Shown one piece after another: positions 27,443 through 32,000 of a stretch of DNA of 32,000 bases. Source of the stretch: Coprobacillaceae bacterium (lineage in GTDB: Bacteria > Bacillota_I > Bacilli_A > Erysipelotrichales > Coprobacillaceae). The notes beneath the pieces are model-generated. The model did no database searches. It saw nothing but the letters and a program-made list of their open reading frames with translations, and was not told where the DNA came from. Position 1 is the first letter of the stretch, and each line of letters opens with the position of its first letter. The DNA lies in NCBI GenBank assembly GCA_963675915.1, contig OY780959.1, positions 1,290,001 to 1,322,000 on the forward strand, read 5' to 3'. The translations under genes and the position numbers were made by a program.

Positions 27443-27987
27443 ATAAGGCAACAATTTTGCCGCGTATCCGATTCCATCGAAATTCTAAAACATTCTCCTA
27501 TTCAACAGGCTGTACGCCAAATTCAAAAATAACATTTACTATCTATCCTCTACCATATCAAATTTCAACACCTGCAGGAACGACTCAAACCTTTATTATC
27601 AGCGCCCTTATGACTGAGCCCCCATTTGTTGATCGACGCCATCATCCCCCAATCAGGCTGTCGCACTCGATATTAATATATTATCATTCCAAACTGATTC
27701 AAACATTTACGAATGTTAGGAATAATAGCCCTTATGTTACATAATGAATTTTATTTATCATAAGTTACAAATTTTGGGGATGGTCTATTTTTTCTGACCT
27801 TGATCCAGCCTGGTAATCTTGTCATCAAAACCGCGGAATCACTAAATCCAATTAACCCCAAAAAAGGTAGTATTGGCTCCATTTTAGGCTAATCTATGTT
27901 ATACTTTATCCTATAACCTGCCGATGATTCACCACCATCATCTGGATGCATCAGTGAAGATAATTGAAAAATGAGGGAGTAAAGATA

Positions 27988-28911
27988 ATGGAAGAAATTG
28001 AAAATGTAGTAATTGTGGGGATGGGCGCCCTGGGAATCATGTATGGTAATTTTCTAGTCAAAAAACTGGGTCCAGACAAGGTGACTTTCCTGGGGGATCA
28101 AACCCGAATTGATAAACTTGATCAAGAGGGCATCTCCTGCAATGGTAAGAAGTGTGATTTCACCATGAAAGATCCTACATCCGCAAATATCCAGGCCGAT
28201 CTGCTTATCTTCGCAGTCAAAGCAACGGCACTGGAAAATGCAGTTAACCTGGCTCGACCGGTAGTAGGTCCAAATACCATCATTCTTTCTTTGCTTAACG
28301 GGATTTCCAGTGAGGAATATCTTGAAGAAAAACTAGATCAAGGCACCGTGATCACCTGTGTGGGCCAAGGAATGGATGCGGTGAAAATTGGGAACGAAAT
28401 GACGTATGCCAACATGGGGAAAATCTGCCTGGGAATCACTCCGGATGAAAAGGAAAAACAAACATCGCTTGATCAGGTTCTGGAATTTTTTGAACGGACC
28501 AAGCTCCCGTACACCTTGGAAGAAGATATCAATTACCGCCTGTGGGGCAAATGGATGCTCAATGTCGGAGTCAACCAGGTGGTCATGGTTACAAAAGGGA
28601 CTTATGCAACGGTTCAAAAAGATGGCGAAGCTAGAGAAATGATGAAAGCCGCCATGAATGAAGTCATCTTGATCGCCCAAGCAGCCGGAGTCAATCTCAC
28701 TGCTAAAGATTTGAACGGTTATCTTGATTTGATTGGAACCCTCAATCCTCAGGGAATGCCGTCAATGCGCCAAGATGGTCTGACCAAACGCAAAAGCGAG
28801 GTTGAACTGTTTGCGGGAACCTTAATCAAGAAAGCCAACCAATACGGGATATCTGTTCCTATCAACGAGAAACTTTACCAAACCATCATCGAAATGGAAA
28901 AAGAATATTGA
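27988..28911 (+). CDS. panE: 2-dehydropantoate 2-reductase (ketopantoate reductase, ApbA/PanE family)
   Basis: The ORF track starts at TTG 27964. ATG 27988 has GGGAG SD 9 nt upstream and gives MEEIENVVIVGMGALGIMYG (GxGxxG). Length of about 307 aa and the C-terminal ...PSMRQD...KSEVELF...G...A...G motifs fit ApbA/PanE. The true substrate could be another 2-oxoacid. Confidence 0.8.
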   Translation: MEEIENVVIVGMGALGIMYGNFLVKKLGPDKVTFLGDQTRIDKLDQEGISCNGKKCDFTMKDPTSANIQADLLIFAVKATALENAVNLARPVVGPNTIILSLLNGISSEEYLEEKLDQGTVITCVGQGMDAVKIGNEMTYANMGKICLGITPDEKEKQTSLDQVLEFFERTKLPYTLEEDINYRLWGKWMLNVGVNQVVMVTKGTYATVQKDGEAREMMKAAMNEVILIAQAAGVNLTAKDLNGYLDLIGTLNPQGMPSMRQDGLTKRKSEVELFAGTLIKKANQYGISVPINEKLYQTIIEMEKEY

Positions 28912-28916
28912 ACCCA

Positions 28917-28955
28917 AAAGAGCTAGTCTTCTAAATGAATTCCAGCTCTTTTTTT
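28917..28955 (+). terminator. Rho-independent terminator between the convergent panE-like and radical SAM genes (probably bidirectional)
   Basis: 8-bp stem AAAGAGCT / AGCTCTTT (28917-28924 / 28944-28951), followed by a T run on the plus strand and preceded by an A run that serves the minus strand. Confidence 0.7.
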
Positions 28956-28973
28956 ATATTATGCATTTTCGCC

Positions 28974-30233
28974 CTACTCGATAATAAGTTCATCGGGAAA
29001 GGGATCATTTTTCATCAAAGACCACATCTGGTCGATGTATGACAGGGTATAGAAATTCTCAAAGTAATGATAGTAATACGAACCTTTGGTAGTCATGATG
29101 TAGCGGCCGTTTTCTTTTTTGGCAAATCCCAGCAATCGCGCTATTAAGATCTCCATACCATAATAACGATTGAGTTTCTTGTTGAAAAACTTGTTGAAAT
29201 CTTCAGGATCAAGCTGCATCGAATACAGGGTCCAGAACAGATAGTAGACCATCCGTTGGCGCATTGTGAACTTGATGGTCAATGAAGTAGCCAGATTGGA
29301 ACTGTTGATTCTTCCGAGGTATTCCTGAATATCAAAGGTGTTGATTTTGAACTGTTTTTTCAACAGTGTGGTTGCCGAACAACCGAATCCAAGGAAGTTT
29401 TCCCGAGTCATCGACGAATATTTGGCTGTACCGTTTTTCGAAAAGGTCCAGATCGAATCCCGGGCATAACCTTGGCTTTGACAATAACCGACAATCTCAT
29501 AAAGAAGTTCTCGTTTGTCTTTGTTTTTAACAAGTGGGAACTTATGATCGGTATAGGTGAAATCGATAAAAGGATAAACAGCCACATGATTGGCATGATT
29601 GGCAAAAGCCGTTTCAATATCCTTTCTGATGTGTTCGATAGTCTGCCCTGGCAAGGCGAAGATGAAATCCATCGAAACAGTTTCAAACTCAACTTGACCC
29701 AGGGCTTTGAACATCGCTTGATAATTGTTGTTTTTTCTTCCCAGCAACTCCAGAAACTCCGGTTGGAATGACTGAATCCCGATACTGATTTTGGTAACTC
29801 CGGCCGTCTTTAACTTGGTCAGTTTTTCAACTGTGACATCAAGAGGGTGCAATTCCAGACCGACGCCTTCAGTTACATTGAAATACTTGTCAACCTCTTT
29901 GAGGATTGAACTGATATCATCAATCAAAAGGGCCGGGGTTCCCCCACCAAAATAGACGCTGGTGATTTCCTTTTTGCCCGGTTTGCCCATCTTACCAACC
30001 ATTGCGATTTCTTTTAGCAGGGCTTCGATATAATCATGGGCCTCCTTCTCATTGTAGACCACCTTGCAGTAAGGACAAAATTGGCACAGGCTTCGACAAA
30101 AAGGAATATGAATATATAATCCCAGATTCTCAGTATCATCGTAATCAATGACTCGGTCATAGGTATTGGAAAAATAGAACGGCTTGAATGATCGGGTCAG
30201 CCATATTCTAGCCAATGATGTTATTTTGCTCAT
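28974..30233 (-). CDS. HemN-like (class C type) radical SAM enzyme, coproporphyrinogen-dehydrogenase family; true function unknown
   Basis: 419 aa. LYIHIPFCRSLCQFCPYC is the CxxxCxxC cluster in the HemN context (hiPFC...C.YC). VYFGGGTPALL is the HemN-family GGGTP motif. The C-terminus has a HemN_C-like helical region. The AGGAGG SD overlaps the upstream gene's TAG stop. Confidence 0.85.
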   Translation of the reverse strand: MSKITSLARIWLTRSFKPFYFSNTYDRVIDYDDTENLGLYIHIPFCRSLCQFCPYCKVVYNEKEAHDYIEALLKEIAMVGKMGKPGKKEITSVYFGGGTPALLIDDISSILKEVDKYFNVTEGVGLELHPLDVTVEKLTKLKTAGVTKISIGIQSFQPEFLELLGRKNNNYQAMFKALGQVEFETVSMDFIFALPGQTIEHIRKDIETAFANHANHVAVYPFIDFTYTDHKFPLVKNKDKRELLYEIVGYCQSQGYARDSIWTFSKNGTAKYSSMTRENFLGFGCSATTLLKKQFKINTFDIQEYLGRINSSNLATSLTIKFTMRQRMVYYLFWTLYSMQLDPEDFNKFFNKKLNRYYGMEILIARLLGFAKKENGRYIMTTKGSYYYHYFENFYTLSYIDQMWSLMKNDPFPDELIIE

Positions 30234-30245
30234 ACTGTTTTCCTC

Positions 30246-31148
30246 CTAGAGATATTTGAGATATGTTATCAACATATCAATAATTACTTTAACCTTGAAA
30301 TCAAAAACCAGGGCAAACTCAGCCGCAAAGAAGTAGCCGCACTGTTCACACAGACCTGGCTCATCAATGCATCGCCCACAGGTCCACAGCTTCCCGTTTT
30401 CCATCACCGCACACTGATGACAGGGTATTGGAAAGGTATTGTCGATCAGATAGGGAAAGGCGCTCTTGAGATTGAGAACTGGGATTCTAGCATCCATCAG
30501 CCCGACTATTTCAGCACAGCATTCCTGCTTATCTTCCTTGGTAAGGGACAACGCTTCTGAGCCGGGATATGGGGTATGGAAATTGAATGCCACCCCGATG
30601 ACGTTGTCATGCTCCTTGGTCATTTCACCTACATCCTTGATCAGATTCTTGTTAAGTTGGTTGATTGCCATATAAAAGATGATGTTTTTAGTTGGAGCCT
30701 CATCGACATTTATCATGACTGTATCAAAGATATTGCCCCTAATCAGGTTGTGCCTTCTGCGGTCACCATCAATACTGACCAGGATTACATCAGCTTCAGG
30801 AACATCGATCGGGCAAGTTCCATTGGTGACGATATTGACAATCGGGAAGCCGATTTCTTTGGCCAAAATGACCAGATCCCGAATCTGATAATCTTGGTCG
30901 CGCCAGATAAACGGCTCACCACCATACAAAAAAAGAATCAATGCTCCTTTATGATAAAGCATTTCCATATCACTTTTGATTTGTTTATAGGAATAATCCT
31001 TGGCCACAATATTGTTGACCGAACAATGGCGGCAATTGAGATTGCAGCGGTCGGTCACAATTACTGAACCGATAAGGGGCCGATGCTCTTTTAAAACAAG
31101 TTCCCGTAACCCCAAAGCCGATATCTTTACCAAAGCTGATAATTTCAT
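30246..31148 (-). CDS. Radical SAM enzyme with a C-terminal Cys-rich (SPASM/twitch-like) auxiliary-cluster region; function unknown
   Basis: 300 aa. VTDRCNLNCRHCSV is the CxxxCxxC cluster. The C-terminal CHQCAVMENGKLWTCGRCIDEPGLCEQCGYF has CxxC-x10-CxxC-x6-CxxC spacing, suggesting extra Fe-S cluster(s). The SD is weak. Only 12 bp separate it from the downstream HemN-like gene. Confidence 0.8.
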   Translation of the reverse strand: MKLSALVKISALGLRELVLKEHRPLIGSVIVTDRCNLNCRHCSVNNIVAKDYSYKQIKSDMEMLYHKGALILFLYGGEPFIWRDQDYQIRDLVILAKEIGFPIVNIVTNGTCPIDVPEADVILVSIDGDRRRHNLIRGNIFDTVMINVDEAPTKNIIFYMAINQLNKNLIKDVGEMTKEHDNVIGVAFNFHTPYPGSEALSLTKEDKQECCAEIVGLMDARIPVLNLKSAFPYLIDNTFPIPCHQCAVMENGKLWTCGRCIDEPGLCEQCGYFFAAEFALVFDFKVKVIIDMLITYLKYL

Positions 31149-31383
31149 TCCCGTTCGCCTGCCTTTTCAGTTTGTCTTTTCAATTGTCATGATGGATCAT
31201 CTAACTATTATTTATTGGATTGATTTTGGTTGTATTTTTGAATGAAACCGGCTGTAATTTCAATAAAATCCCTTTAGCGACAAGCTTTTAAGATTGATTA
31301 TCGCCAAAAACAATTTCCCAAATCCAGATGCTTCAAACTAAATATCGCAAAACCGCCCTTGTAATCACTTTGTGTCATATGTT

Positions 31384-31411
31384 ATTATATCAGTAAACAT
31401 CGTGTACTTAA
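31384..31411 (-). promoter_or_regulatory. Candidate promoter of the radical SAM operon (TTAAGT-16 bp-TGaTATAAT)
   Basis: On the minus strand there is an extended -10 TGATATAAT (31392-31384) and a weak -35 TTAAGT (31411-31406). It lies about 235 nt upstream of the first radical SAM ATG. Confidence 0.45.
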
Positions 31412-31506
31412 TTGGCGGTTTTGATAAGTATTTTCAGACTTTTCAATCAAATCAGTAATTAAGTATTATTATGTCGAATTATTGGCAGTCACACCAAAGG
31501 AGATCT

Positions 31507-32000
31507 ATGCAGATGAAAAAAACAATCTTGTCAGCCCTGGTAATATGCTTACTTTTTTCAATAACCGGCTGCGCCAGCACCAACAGCAGCACCGACAAAA
31601 ACCAAATTCAATGGGATGCTTCAAAATTCTATGGAAATATCTTGGAGGCAGGAATAAGCAACAATATCCAATCCCTAGCCATATATACAAAATCAAAGTA
31701 CATTGCCATTGACAATCAAAGTGATGATGGTCAAGCCGTCTTAACCCAAGTGAATGATATTTTGACCGATAAAAGTTCCTTTGATGGCGTGACTAATGGG
31801 GCATTTTTAATTCCTGATGTCGGCAAACCGTTGGATTATCTGACCTATGAAACTTCCTATTTGGTTATCTTTCTTAAAGCAAATCAGGAATATAATCTTA
31901 CCGTCAATGAACCAGACGGCCAACGTCACGTCATGACTTTGGATGTATACGCCATGTCATTCGATTTAAGTTCATCAGAGGTTTGCTTTCTGGACACTGA
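31507..32000 (+). CDS. Putative lipoprotein, 5' part (open to window end; absent from the ORF track because no stop codon is reached)
   Basis: AAGGAG SD (31496-31501) lies 5 nt before ATG 31507. My translation, MQMKKTILSALVICLLFSITGCASTNSSTDKNQ..., has a signal peptide plus an ITGC lipobox. The frame stays open to nt 32000. Confidence 0.75.
   Translation, partial: MQMKKTILSALVICLLFSITGCASTNSSTDKNQIQWDASKFYGNILEAGISNNIQSLAIYTKSKYIAIDNQSDDGQAVLTQVNDILTDKSSFDGVTNGAFLIPDVGKPLDYLTYETSYLVIFLKANQEYNLTVNEPDGQRHVMTLDVYAMSFDLSSSEVCFLDT

Noticed and set aside
27457-27744. 95-aa plus-strand ORF in the large intergenic gap.
   Set aside because: It has a TTG start directly abutting the HD-GYP start region and no SD. 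It is proline/serine/threonine/isoleucine-rich with no recognisable fold.

Overview
Low-to-moderate GC, Firmicutes-like chromosomal segment with 25 supportable protein-coding genes, 22 on the minus strand, mostly separated by clear rho-independent terminators. I saw no rRNA, tRNA, CRISPR array, IS element, integrase or phage gene. The main feature is a four-gene operon with overlapping stops and starts at 552-8422. It encodes a 488-aa and a 378-aa accessory protein, a 1343-aa SMC/Rad50-like ABC ATPase (Walker A, long coiled coils, LSGGE signature, Walker B) and a 418-aa Toprim (E...DxD) protein. Sizes, order and motifs fit the TIGR02677/TIGR02678/TIGR02680/TIGR02679 cluster (DUF2397/DUF2398/DUF2399), which is type II Wadjet (JetABCD, MksBEFG-like anti-plasmid condensin). 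It sits between housekeeping genes with no mobility scars. The rest of the window holds: DUF554 membrane protein; GH1 6-phospho-beta-glucosidase with an RpiR/MurR regulator; DUF2892 protein; a eukaryote-type choline/carnitine O-acyltransferase behind a long structured leader; a redox/electrophile-type gene run (MerR, tandem bicupin, membrane protein, flavodoxin, NmrA-like reductase, LysR, OYE/4Fe-4S 2-enoate-reductase-like flavoenzyme, MFS transporter, divergent PadR with an ATGT-N8-ACAT operator); secreted SGNH hydrolase; GAF-PAS-PAS-HD-GYP protein; ketopantoate-reductase-like gene; a two-gene radical SAM operon (HemN-like plus SPASM/twitch-like); and a partial lipoprotein gene. Unexplained items worth follow-up are the acyltransferase leader RNA, the radical SAM pair with an upstream small ORF and promoter-bracketing inverted repeat, and a 533-bp non-coding gap. 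All family assignments come from motif recognition by eye; no database search was run.
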